Of a stretch of DNA of 64,000 bases, positions 1 to 13,513 are shown one piece after another. The stretch is from Chrysomallon squamiferum (taxonomy: Eukaryota > Animalia > Mollusca). How positions within the stretch are numbered: position 1 is the stretch's first letter; every line of letters begins with the position of its first letter. The notes below the pieces were generated by a model. That model made no database searches. It worked only from the letters and a program-made list of their open reading frames with translations, and had not been told where the DNA came from. Position numbers and translations under genes: made by a program. The stretch lies in the NCBI GenBank assembly GCA_012295275.1, contig CM022672.1, positions 22,072,001 to 22,136,000 on the forward strand. Direction: 5' to 3'.

Positions 1-1857
1 ACAGACTGAACCATAAATTATTGTTAACTTCATTATTTCTGTTATTTACATTAACAACAACAACAATAATAAATAAAGTGACACTGTCTAACTGAATAGT
101 GGTTGGAGCATGACCTTTAGTTAAGGGAATATATCTTCATAATATACTAAACATTTTGGCATTTGACATACGTTCCTAATTAATGGTAATCCTGTGACCT
201 TTTTATGTGAAATCCTATGCGTCGTTATTCATTTTAATTTAGCAACGGGAGTTTTTTATTGTTTTTTTTCAAAATCAGCTACGTAATACAGTGGGGTCAC
301 TGAATGGATGGATATCGATTTAATTTTAAAATTTACGTTCTAAAGCATGCAGCCCTTTATTAACACTATTCAAAAATACAATGCCATAATACATAGAACA
401 GAAAACCCTTTTTCTCAATTTTTTATAAAATAAATATACATAAATAAATTACTGAAATGTTTTCACTGGTCATTTCTTTCGCTTTGACTCTTCTCTCTGT
501 ATATTTATATATGCTTTGATTTTGTTAATGGATTCGTTTTTATACACATTGTAGCAGCTCATCAAAAGAAGATGAAGAATTAAAAATGGCGTCGATTGAG
601 AATAAATATTCGTGCACTTGATCATACCATAATTAAGTGCCTTGTTGGGTTATTGTTTGTACAGTTGTTTTGTTTCTGTTTCATGTATTGGTCTGTTAAT
701 TGGTTTTTTTGTTGTGTTTTATTTGCATACTTCTCTATCCATGAAACGTTCTGATGAGAGATGCCATCATGACGCAAACTGTAACACGATGTTTGGTTGT
801 TGCTGTTGTTTTGAAGTTTGTTTTTCTCTTCTTTTTTTTTCTCTTTTTTTTTTAATATATCTGTTATTATACATTTTATTTTATTTATTGTTTTGTTTTT
901 TGTGTGATAAAATAAAAAAATTATAAAAAAAAACAACCTAAAACATTGACATGATGTTAAAAGAATTAAGCAAGGAGGGTAAAACTAGCTTCATATTTGT
1001 ACTTACGTAAACATACAAACATTTATATATAAAAATACATAAACAAAATACATACATACACATATGCACATTCCAGTATACACACATACACATACATATC
1101 TATGTTGTGCACTTTTCTATGTCCACATCCAAACATATGATAATAACATATTCACAATCACCATAGGCACACACACACACACACACACACAGTCACACAC
1201 ACACGCACACACACACATTCACATTCACATCCAGTGACACACACAAGTCCTACATTTGCTTCAAATTTTTATAAGAATCGATACATCAATACAAATAGAA
1301 CAAATATCATAACCGCAAGTGGGCATTTTATGACGAGCCTTGGTATCAAAAGACCACACGGCAATGAAAGAATTAGGAGTAATTTGATAGAACGTATTAT
1401 TAACAGGTTGTTTCACTTAACCGGAGGTCCATTGACTGTCGATCGATCCCCAGCATAATGTTAACAGTAATAACACATGGGTGTGTCACACTCGTTTTCT
1501 CGTGTTTACAACACGCTTCTGCAACATCTGGTGACGAAAACGCCAGCTTTTCAATGGGCAGAGCACCGAAATGTTACAGTGAATGACAGATGACGACAGC
1601 GCGTGCTTGCTGAATTGTCAACTACGTCTACAGCAAAACTAGCACAACAGTGCCGCTGTCCATCATAATAAATCATACATTTGGTAAACAGAATTTCTGC
1701 ACGTCGCAGTGACGTATAAGGGGATAATTAAATATTCCAACTGTTATTGTTATTACTGTTAAATCGATAAAATAATCAGTAAAAAGAAAAAAATTCAAAG
1801 ATATTAAAATAGCAGTGTATAATAACAGTATCTTACAATCCACCCAACAACAGGCAT

Positions 1858-1867
1858 TCTCTCTCTC

Positions 1868-1904
<37 letters not shown>

Positions 1905-1985
1905 CTCTCTTTATCGCTCTCTCTCTCTCTCTCTCTCTCCCTCCCTCCCTGCTTCCCTCTATCTCTCCCTCTTTTTCACATGTAC

Positions 1986-2033
<48 letters not shown>
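1858..2033. repeat. Compound (CT)n / (CA)n microsatellite
   Basis: Directly visible dinucleotide runs. Confidence 0.95.
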
Positions 2034-2037
<4 letters not shown>

Positions 2038-2170
2038 ATATATATACATATATACACACAAACACCATAAAATTCAGATTATTAAAAGGCAGTACTTACC
2101 ATCTGTTTTCACGACGAACTGACGAAATGTTCTAAAATGCTAACACATAAACAAACCAAACTATTTTGAG

Positions 2171-2180
2171 AAAAGGATAT
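2171..2180 (-). other. U12-type (minor spliceosome, AT-AC class) 5' splice site
   Basis: Minus strand reads GAA TGG GG|ATATCCTTTT, an exact match to the U12 donor consensus RTATCCTTT, located exactly where Cav2 homology stops. Confidence 0.92.
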
Positions 2181-2372
2181 CCCCATTCTATGATGATTTT
2201 TGCATACTTCCGGATAAAGTTATCCTCACTGAAGATGAAGAGCGACCTGTTGGCGGTAATCCCCATACCTGGAAGACTGAGGTTCGCGGCTCGGCGGGAG
2301 AGATGTCTGATGGACCCATCCCCCGAATAGTCTCCATCTGTATCGCGGCTGTCCGCCTGAAATGTCGCCATT
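2181..2372 (-). CDS. Cav2: Voltage-gated calcium channel Cav2-type alpha-1 subunit, exon encoding proximal N-terminus up to the start of domain I S1
   Basis: Translates to (E)MATFQADSRDTDGDYSGDGSIRHLSRRAANLSLPGMGITANRSLFIFSEDNFIRKYAKIIIEWG. The RSLFIFSEDNFIRKYAKIIIEW motif is the conserved pre-IS1 segment of Cav2 channels, normally followed by PFEY. Acceptor tttaaatttcag|A ATG at 2373/2372, ATG at 2371-2369, 192 nt, phase 2 at both ends. The next exon (PFEY...) is not in the window. Confidence 0.95.
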
Positions 2373-2650
2373 CTGAAATTTAAAATAATAAATGAAGTAA
2401 AACCACGAAAGAATGCAAGTAAACGTACGTACGTTTTGTGTGTGTGTGTGCGTGTGTGTGTTTGTGTGTTCGTGTGTAGATGTATGTATGTATATATGTA
2501 TACACACACACACACAGATACAGACAGACAGATACAAATATACACAGACATAATTACACAGATAAATAATTAGACGGAAAAATATATTTTACGAATGTGA
2601 CGTATTAGTATAACATAAGATAACAAAAACGTACACCATATTATATATAT

Positions 2651-2722
<72 letters not shown>
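2651..2722. repeat. (ATAG)n microsatellite
   Basis: Pure tetranucleotide run. Confidence 0.95.
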
Positions 2723-2723
<1 letters not shown>

Positions 2724-4291
2724 CATCTGTAGGCATTAGAAAAAACTAACCACAGAATTATGAAACAAATGGTCATAACAACAAGTAACTCAGTTTGATC
2801 ATTGGAACATCAGCAGATTTGTTTAACACACAAAGTATGTTTGAAATATGCAGCATCCAAGAACGATCTGTAACAACACGCCTGTTTACATCAAAGAACT
2901 TTCCAGAACCCACACCCACCAACTGGTGTTGTCTTATATAGGAGTTACTATACTTTTACCATACTTGAAATCAATCTGAATTCTCTTTTTGTGATTGTTG
3001 TTTATTATTATTGTTATTATTGTTGTTATTGGTGATATTATTATTATTATTATTAATGTTATAAGTATATCTGAAATGATAATGTCGGAGAGTAAGTAAA
3101 TATAAGCTACTAAACAAGACTGGGAATTAATGTTTGACTATTGGTATTTAGCTCTTCGCGAGAGTTGTATTTGAAATGAAGCCATCTACGACATAAATAA
3201 GTAAAACTGACAAACAACGACACAGACACACATTCTCTATTGTGTCAGTGTATCCATGGGATAAGCGGTATTAGTTCATATTAATTATCATCATCATCAT
3301 TATGGTCTCCATCGTCATCTTCACTACATTACTGTTGTACCTGTTGTTGTTACAGTTGTTATTAATATAACCATATAAATTCGATATAAACAAATGGCTT
3401 GCCACAAGAAAATATATTTGTCAAATACACCATGCAAAAGGCTTCGCATACCAAGACAGAACTGAAGGCAACTGTTAGACTAAGAACAAATTATGCAGAA
3501 CGTCACTTACAAGAATGCACTTATATTACCTCTAATTAAGTATTCTTCAGGTTTTGAATTCTGAAGATATTTTTTTTCTTTTTTTCAGCAGCATAAAGAG
3601 CTTTTGTCATTGGCTCATTAAATGATTTCTCTTTGTAGCTTCGAGACTCGTCGAGTGAAGGCCGAATGACACATTCCATTATCTTATTTTATACTAATTA
3701 GCCTTTGTAGCGAGCTCTAAAATATCCCCTTTATTTTTCTTCTAAAACGTTTTTTTTTTCTTTCATCTCTTTCCAGCTTTTAGAATAATCCCGTGTCTTT
3801 GTTATATATTATATTTTTCCATCGTCTCTTTTCACGCTCTCTGGTATCGGCTCGAAAGACTTTCTGCGGGATTCTTTTAATTACGTGGTTTTACAAGCCT
3901 TAGTACAAAAACGTGTATGCGCAAGTTTCGACAAGCTCGTGCTTTGTCTTTACGCGGTTCCTGGCTTAGATAAAAGTATGTTATTTAAACGAAACCAGAA
4001 AAAGAAATTACTCAAATTCGTTCATAGAACTGTTGTTGTTGTTGTTGTTGTTGTAACATCCATTATTTAATGATTTATCCTAACGCTTTTGTACTGCACG
4101 GTCCTTACAACAAATAATAAAAATAAAAATGAAAATAATAAGCAGAACGTAATGATTTTTTCTGTTCTTTTTCTACCTTTGCAAAATATGAATCAGATAC
4201 GCCAGCAGGTGACAGGAAGGAATTATTATATTTCAATTACGTGGCTATCTCACACACTCGGACAAAAATTACATACTTTTTGTATATACGT

Positions 4292-4320
4292 ACACACACA
4301 CACAAACACTCACACACACA

Positions 4321-4377
<57 letters not shown>

Positions 4378-4920
4378 CCAATATTGTTTTAGTTCAGAAT
4401 TAATAAGTAAAACGTATTCAGGTCAGCATATGAGGCTGTGCAACATTAACACCCTTCTGATAACAGATGTTTTAATAGCTGTAATTTTATATCAGAAGTA
4501 AACTAATTAACAGTCCACGAAACAAACAAACATACATACATACATACATACATACATAAACACATACATAAACACATACACACATAAACACATACATACA
4601 TACATAAACACACACATAAACACATACATACATACATAAACACATACATACATACATAAACACATACACACATACATACATAAACACATACATACATACA
4701 TACACACATACATAAACACATAGATGCATACGTACATTCAAACGTAGTTACACATATGCACACGTACATACAAACGTACATACATACATACATACATAAA
4801 TCCTTACGTACATTCAAACTTACATACACACGTAAACATATATCCAAACATACATCCACACATCCCTACATCCATCCATCCATACATACATATATACATA
4901 CATATACATACATATATACA

Positions 4921-4971
<51 letters not shown>

Positions 4972-5080
4972 CCGCACACACATATACATACATACAAACG
5001 TGCATACAAACATATATATCTAAACATATATCCATACATCCCTACATTCATCCATTCATCCATCCATCCATGCATACATA
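4292..5080. repeat. (CA)n, (CATA)n, (TA)n compound microsatellite region
   Basis: Interrupted simple-repeat tracts; source of the MYVC/HTYI pseudo-ORFs. Confidence 0.9.
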
Positions 5081-5566
5081 TTTACAACAAAACCAAAAAA
5101 AACGCGCTATAATCAATGAAACAATTTGCGTTTTGTCCTTTACAATTTCTTTTCCTTCTTTTAATTATTATTCTCGTACTGTGACTCACTGAATCTCTTT
5201 ATCGCGCTATGCTGCCGAGGCCCAGTTCTGGGTTACAAGGCATCTTGAATTTAGCCAATACCAAATTCGATTATTGCCATTCCCCAAACCGCCATTTTCT
5301 CGTCTCCATACTCGGCCAATATTGCACGAGCCAAGCGGGCGGCCAGGCTTTCTTGCTGGTTCAACATGTGACTGCATCGATCGGCGGAGAGAGCCTGTTT
5401 ATGACCAGTCTCGTTACGTTGTCCAGTTATATTTGTTTTTGATTTATTTTGTATTTGGAGCAATAGAAAAAAAAAAAATCAAAGTGATAGCAATAGAAAC
5501 CTTGGGATGTGGGTCTGGTTTTCTGAGTGCGTTTGATGTTGTTTTTGTTTTGTTGTTGTTGTTGTT

Positions 5567-5600
<34 letters not shown>

Positions 5601-5847
5601 TTGTTGTTGTTGTTGTTATTATTATAAATCTACGATAAAAAATAATAATATTAATTCATAGTAATTTCTCCTTCCTGTATATTACTATATAAAAAGTTAA
5701 AAAAAAATCTAGCAAATCATACAAACACGCGCATGCATACACATACGTATATATACACACACAGACACACAGACACACATATATACATGCAAATACACTT
5801 ACACGTATACATACATACATTCATACACATACATACATAGGCACATC

Positions 5848-5916
<69 letters not shown>

Positions 5917-7436
5917 TCTTTATCTCTCTCTCTCGTCTCTCGATACATTACTGATAAGCTAACTATTAAATTAAACCAGTGGCGTGGACATCAGTCTCGG
6001 ATCAGCATTTCTAGAACAAGTAAACAAAAAAAAACACGTCAAACAAATCGCTGTGCTAGAAAGAATCAAAGAAACATCGTCACAATAAACAGGAAAAAAG
6101 CATTTTAGAAAACAGAAACAAATAAACATGGAAAGAAACTAGATATGTCACCACACGCGTTATTAAATGCAATACATAACGATTTTTCTTTATGCTGGAA
6201 TACATTAAAAATGCATTCATTATTATTTGATATCGACGTGTTGGCATTTCAGTCGATATCGGAAAACAAAAGCTAAAATGTTGTTCAGAAATTATTCGAC
6301 AGTAAAATATAAGAGTGCATGCGTGTATTTCCAAATAAAGTCATTTATTTTACTCATCAACTCTGCGATAACTGTGCATGCAGTAAATGTCTACTTAATT
6401 TATATATCTAGTACTGGTAAAAAAAAAATAATAACACTAAAATAAAAAGAAAAATCATAAGAAGAAAAAGAAAAGAAAAAAAATGAAAGAGGAAAATTAT
6501 TGATTTTTGGCTCTTATCTTAATGGTTTGGAACTTTTATAAGTAAAAAAACAACAACAAACAAACTAAACAATTATGTTTATGTGACATTGGTTACGTTA
6601 GTTAATAAAGAAATAATAATGTTTTTTTTGTTTTTTTAAACCAGGAAATGTCCATCATTTATACAGAATTACACATATTTCATTAATAAGGACCTATATT
6701 GGACATACCATGCTTTCGTTTGAATATCAAATATCATGTTATATTAACTGTTCATTTATTAATATACACATACGTTAAGAATACGATAAAAATGTATTAC
6801 ATTTATTGCTTATAGGAAAAACAGACATTTAAGAAAAATTATTTGTTATAATGCACACACAAAATACACACATACACATCCTTACAAACCCAAAGGCACA
6901 AACAGAGATATACAAACAAAGACACAAATTCACGCACACTGTTTTCTATGTTAAATGCTGAGACATCGATAAAAGGAGAGTTTATTAGAATGCCTTCTAA
7001 AACACGCTTACACACAAAAGAAATCCCACTTTATAAATTCACGACTATTATTACAAGCAAAATATTAAAATAAATAAATAAATAAATAAGAGATCGAGTG
7101 TGTGTATTGCGACAGTTCAACTACAGAAACAGCAATAATATGATTCGTAACTGGTCTGCTAATACTTAACAATTAATAAAACATTAAACAGAACACATAT
7201 TAATGATAATTACAATAATGGAATGCAGACTGTTCTTATTTTCAGCAAAAGCTGATACATTATGGGCCTCAGGGCAGATTCAAATACATTTAATTAGTAT
7301 TTCTGTTGTTATGATGGCGGTGGTTGCACCTGGCACCTTTAGCAGTTACAGCCTGTTGCATCCTACCCGAATTGTCCTCATTTTTAAAGGGAATTCATTT
7401 TTTATTTTTTAGAGCATTAACATTTATGCTGTATTT

Positions 7437-7451
7437 GTGTGTTTGTTTGTT

Positions 7452-7488
<37 letters not shown>

Positions 7489-7627
7489 ATTGATAGATAC
7501 ACAGGCAGATATAAATGTAGATTATAAGGAAATAGATATAAAAAGATAGATTGATATATAGATATATAGTTAGATTGATAGATATTCAGACAGACAGACA
7601 GATAGATAGATAGATAGACAGATAGAC

Positions 7628-7688
<61 letters not shown>

Positions 7689-7823
7689 TAGACAGACAGA
7701 CAGACATACAGATAGATAGACAGACAGACAGAGAGACAGATAGGATGGAACGGAAGATATATTATGGAAATATACAGCCATGTACATGCTTACAAACACA
7801 CGCACACAAACACACACACAACA

Positions 7824-7869
<46 letters not shown>

Positions 7870-7885
7870 CACACACACACACATA
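7437..7885. repeat. (TG)n, (GATA/GACA)n, (CA)n compound microsatellites
   Basis: Directly visible. Confidence 0.9.
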
Positions 7886-8415
7886 TATACACACAAAAAA
7901 GCACACAAATATACACGTACAGATGCACAAACTTACATACATATTATATGTACGTACACAACAAACAAGGATGATATAATTATGTTTAGATAGATCAGAT
8001 AAATAGATATAGACAGATAAATATAGGAGATTATATAGTGCTTCGAAGTGAACATAATCTACAGTTGTAATAATCGTTTATGATAATTAAGTTTTAATAA
8101 ATTAAAATCAAGATATAACTTAGCTTTTGCAACAAAGTTAAAATTGCCATTAACATATACATTTTTCTTCTTTTTTTTTCATTTTCTTCTTTTTATTTTT
8201 TTTCTTTTTTTTTTTTTTTTTTGTTTACGATCTAACAGAAACCGTATACAACATAAAAAATAACCTTATAAATATGCTTGTACTTACATACAGATAAAAA
8301 TAATAATAATTTCCTATGTTTTAGTCAGATACTGTCTTTGTTACGTGATACGACTCGGTAATATTTATAGTTTATGTGTAAATTAAATTTTGATGCTAAG
8401 CCATGAATAGCTTGA

Positions 8416-8503
8416 AAGTCGGCCGGTGAACGTAATTATTTTACATATAATACGTAATAAATAATAATTATTATGTAAAATAATCACGTGCAGCCGCAGA
8501 CTT
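8416..8503. other. Isolated 88-nt inverted repeat (32-bp arms, 24-nt loop)
   Basis: 8416-8447 aagtcggccggtgaacgtaattattttacata versus reverse complement of 8472-8503 aagtctgcggctgcacgtgattattttacata: 27/32 identical, ungapped. Confidence 0.85.
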
Positions 8504-10051
8504 ATTATTATGAACACATTTGTCTTACACCGTTAACATACAAAATAACGATGATAATGATGATGATGATGAACATAATAATAAACAAACTCAGTTATGG
8601 CTGAGAAAACTAAAAATTAGCCAGTTTCTCGAAACGCAGTTATATAATAAATAACTCGTAAAGTTAATTCACAAATAACATTAATTTTTACCTTTTAGTT
8701 TTATGAAATGTTGAAGCTTCTTCAGTCGAAATTTAAAAGCAGTATTCCATCATTTGAAAGACGATTCTAGGTTTTGTTCTTCTAATCGTCTCTTAAAAGG
8801 ACATACATATATACATTCACGAATAAGCTCGGAATTATCTGTATTAAAATCAGATTACACTCTGCCTTGCTGTGACGTCTGATCATCCAAATTCGTAATC
8901 CTTGTTTTCAAACCGTAACTTTGCATTATGAATCTCTTAACGTGAATTCATGTGACCGGGTTCTTTCATGGCGGAGTCTCGCACGCGGAACTGCACCATT
9001 ATCCGTTAAAAACTGGTTCTTCGTCTGCAGTACCGAATACACTTTCAGCGCACGACAAATGTCACAACGGACATACTGTTATCCGAATGAAGAGTTCTTC
9101 TCCATCACTGAAAAGGACAGACATTTCACATCTGATCGGTGAAGTTTCGGAATGAAGCGATCGGAAAATCCTTTTAGCTTTGGGTAACGATTTATAACGA
9201 GTAGCGTTGTGAACCTTCGTACTGTTTCGAGTCTGTACGGGAAGGCATAGATTATTAATGACTATCGCTCGAGTATACGGTAACAACCCAGCTGGCACCA
9301 GTCTACCAATCATACACCGCTATTCCAAAATATATTATTGGTTCGGTCAGAATTTAACAAGATGACATCACGAAAGGGCACAATAGACTTGTAAGGCCAA
9401 AAAACAACAAAAAAACAGTATTGACTGATGATGATCGACAAACATGGAGATTTGTTTTGTTTTTAATAATTAGACAACATATGTAGGTCATAACGACAGA
9501 AGGGCTAAAACAGTCTCCTTTACCGAAGCACACATACGCACACACATATATATACGATTAGACACAATTTGATTATAGTGTTCTAACAAAATCAATACGT
9601 GTAGTCATTGATCTGGTGCAATTCAAGGTTTTCGCTCTAGACTGGATCCCTGGTTCATTTATGTATGCCGCTATCGCTTCTTGTGAATGCAATTACATGT
9701 TCGTGACAAACACACGACTCGGAATCACTGGAAGTTCCAGCCTTCTACACAGCGTGCAGAGTTGTATTGATTTTGTTCTTACCGAAGATGCTGCTAGTTG
9801 CACTTGCACCAGAAAAATCGCACATAGTTTGGACCTATTTTATCACAATCGATAGAATGTTAATTTAAAACGACTCGAGGGGTTCTGAGCAATGACGTCT
9901 GTGCTGCTTTAAGGCAACCCGAAAACATACCGAAGAGGACGAAAAAGAATCTTATCTGTAAAGAAATAAATAAGCATAATCTCTGAAGTTCTGCCGTGGC
10001 GAGCTGTATTTGGATAACGTAATTGTAGTTAAACATAGCCTCTTGTCACGT

Positions 10052-10084
<33 letters not shown>

Positions 10085-11314
10085 TCATTTTTTTTTTTTT
10101 TTTTTTCATTCCAGACAGAATTATTATGACTGTCACTATATTAGGAAGAGATCCCTCTGATAGATGAACGTGATATTATTATTTTTATAGAATAAAATTA
10201 TTTCTGTGTGTATTGATGCGTGTATTTGTGTTTGTATGTGTGTGTGTGTGTGTGTGTGCGTTTATATATATTTATATACAAATAAATATATGTATGTATG
10301 TATATATATATATATATATGCGCGCGTATGAAAGAAAACACCGTTTTCTCTAATGTGAAAAGAAATAATAATAATAAAATTTAAAAGAAAGAAAAATAAG
10401 AAAAACAGATCTGAACCGCTCCTGTTTAAGAAAACAGTAATGAGAAACTGGTGTTCATTATTTCAGACAGTAATTTGACTTTACAGCACATTAATAATAC
10501 CAAAAAAAAATATATTGATATTCCTGTATGATGGATTTAACACGTCACAATTAGTTGGTCGTTTTTTGGTTTTGTTTTTTTCTTAAACAAAGGATTTCTC
10601 TGGTATTCGCGATAAAAAGGCTTCAGTTTTTAAACTGCTGATCACCAGATAAATAATTAAACATTCTCGCGAATACAGTTACTGTCCAAAAAAAAAGAAA
10701 AACCAGAAGAGACGAGTAATCCAATCAAAGGAAGAAATAGATGTGTAAAACATTTAACAGGATCTTTTATCGATATGGATAAATCAAACTGGTTCAGTGA
10801 CTGACTTCTTGCGTTGACGTTTTACATTTGTCACGTTCTTTTGTTCGGTAAGATAAGGGTTAGAAATGTTTTCCAGTCGTTAATGGATACACGAAGATAG
10901 TCCGAGGAACGGGTGTCAGTTCAGGAAAAAAAAAAAAAAAAGAAAACAACAACAACAAGAGTATCATAATCGAACTCGGTGCTGGTTGGAAATTTATTTC
11001 ATTTTTTTGAAAATGGTTAATGTTTGTTGTTTTTTTAATCTTAAAATTTACGAATTGTTGAATATGTATTAATCTGCAGTTACACCAATGTGTTGTTTCG
11101 TGCATATTTGAAAGTGTTTTTTTTTTTATACGTGCGTGGTATTATTTATTTATTCATTTATTTATTCATTTATATCGCTTTTAAAAAAAAAATTATTACA
11201 ACTACTAGATTTTTATGATAGGTGAAGTGAAGATTTTATGGCAGGAAGAAAAAAACATAAAGGTAAAAAAAAAATGAAATTGCGCAAACAACAGAGACGA
11301 ATAGTTGACAGGGT

Positions 11315-11415
<101 letters not shown>

Positions 11416-12997
11416 TTCAGACAGACAGACAGCAAAAAGGGACAGAGAGACATCTTGACATCATGCTGAATATTAAATAGGTTTGATAACAATATATTTA
11501 ACAGTTTTAAATGTTTTACCAATTTGCTTAAAAAGATCAAAGATTTTGTAGAGAAAGAAGGGAAAAAAATTGAGGGTAGAAATTGTAAAAATATTAATAC
11601 ATTAACTGCAAATTATCTACTCTACTCCGGTTAAAAGAAATATATAAACTAGACTTTCTGCAAACAGAATGAATCTTACTCTATTCTATTCAAACACTTA
11701 TTACACAAAAAAAAAAAAACAGAAAAAAAAAAGAACAAAAAAATGGCTATACAATTTCTTTGACGTTATTGCAAATACCTGTTTCTACATTACTGAAATA
11801 AAATTACGTAAATTAACTTTTCATAGAAGGATAAATTTACAGATTTTTTTTTTCTAGCATTGTCAAACACTGTACTATACTAAAATGTAATTATATCTAT
11901 CTGAGCAAATTTTTTTTCTTTTTTTTTTTTAACTGTACCAAAAATACTTCAGGAATTTAAATAAACTAACATTTTTATTGAAACAGGCTGGAACTCTACT
12001 GCTTTTATACCACTTCTGTAAATGCGTTGTTCCACAGTGAATTAAAATTATGTAAACTAGCGTTTGGTCAAAAACAGAACGAAACCTCACAATTTCTTTA
12101 CGTGCTCCCAAAAAAAATATACGTGTTCTACAATTAAATAAAATCATGTAGACTAACCTTTGAAAGAAACAGGTCGGCATGCCAAAATAAATAAATAAAT
12201 AAATAAGTACAAGGCAAAATGTCAGATAATTAAATCCAAGAAAACGTCGACTGTAACGAAGCTCATTTTGAACTGTGTTTCTGTCGATCACGCCACCAGC
12301 CAAATGTATACGTACATATACATCTTACAACATTATGTCAAAAGACAACATCATCACAGCTGGCCGAGTCGAATAAAGACATTCACGAAAAGATCGATAG
12401 TTTTGCCAGTATCGGAAACCCATGTTATTTTAAAATTTGGACTTTTTTTTTGACTGAATGCAAAATCCAAGAGCCGAGGATGGAAGACAAGTCCAGTTTA
12501 CAACGTAACGTTCTTTCGTCGAATCAGTTTGTCAACAGAAATTATAATTACACGTACTGCGTTCGACAAAACCGTTTTGTAGCTAACTGTGCACGTTTAA
12601 TGCGATTATGTAAGGCGAGAAAATATTGCTGCCTACTAAATAAGCACTAACTGTAATTCAATTAACAAACTATTCTCGTCTCGTAGGAAATGCTAATTAC
12701 TTACTTACTAATGATATTAATATGTCAACACGACAGGGAATTCTGCCATTTTTCGATCGCTATGGCACTTCACGAAACCCAGTCAGCTCCATTCTAAAAC
12801 AGTTGGGCAGCTAAAGCGAGAGGCCCGTTGAAGGATGGATAATGGCGTGGAGGCCTTGCGTGGGATAACTAGAGGAGGATGCAAGTAATGTTAGATAGTG
12901 CCGATAGTGTTAATTATTGTTTGATTATTTTATTTGTTTCTTTGTTTGTTATGCCGTTTAACCATATATTCGTTACCTTCCGATGCACTGGTGCTTT

Positions 12998-13120
<123 letters not shown>

Positions 13121-13435
13121 CATTTCGGCAATCTTGCAATTTAGCTTTACCCCGAATTGTCAGAGGTTTACTCAGAATTTTGCTATGAGTTTTTGTTTTG
13201 CTGGTTGTGTAGACATAAAAAGGAGACATTAAACTGCATAAACCCACGTTAGCATGTCAAAACTGTCTAATCAACCAATTTTTCCGGCATGACCGGTGTA
13301 TATGCAAAAGCGTTCTGTGAGCGGCGACTATCTACGATTTTTGAAAAAGTAAAAGGATTCTTATTATATTACATTTTGTTATTTTAATTCTTTCTTTTTT
13401 TCTTTCTTTCCTTGAACAAAATAAAATTTGTCCGA

Positions 13436-13494
<59 letters not shown>

Positions 13495-13513
13495 TAATAA
13501 TAATAATAATAAA
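13436..13513. repeat. (TAA)n microsatellite
   Basis: Directly visible. Confidence 0.95.

Noticed and set aside
95-129. Minus-strand TTCCCTTAAC followed by AC dinucleotides, a possible U12 branch point/acceptor
   Set aside because: The sequence after the candidate ACs does not encode the expected PFEY exon, so the true acceptor must lie left of the window.
2132-2551. 139-aa ORF as a complete gene
   Set aside because: Only 2372-2181 is exon; the flanks are intronic read-through beyond the splice sites.
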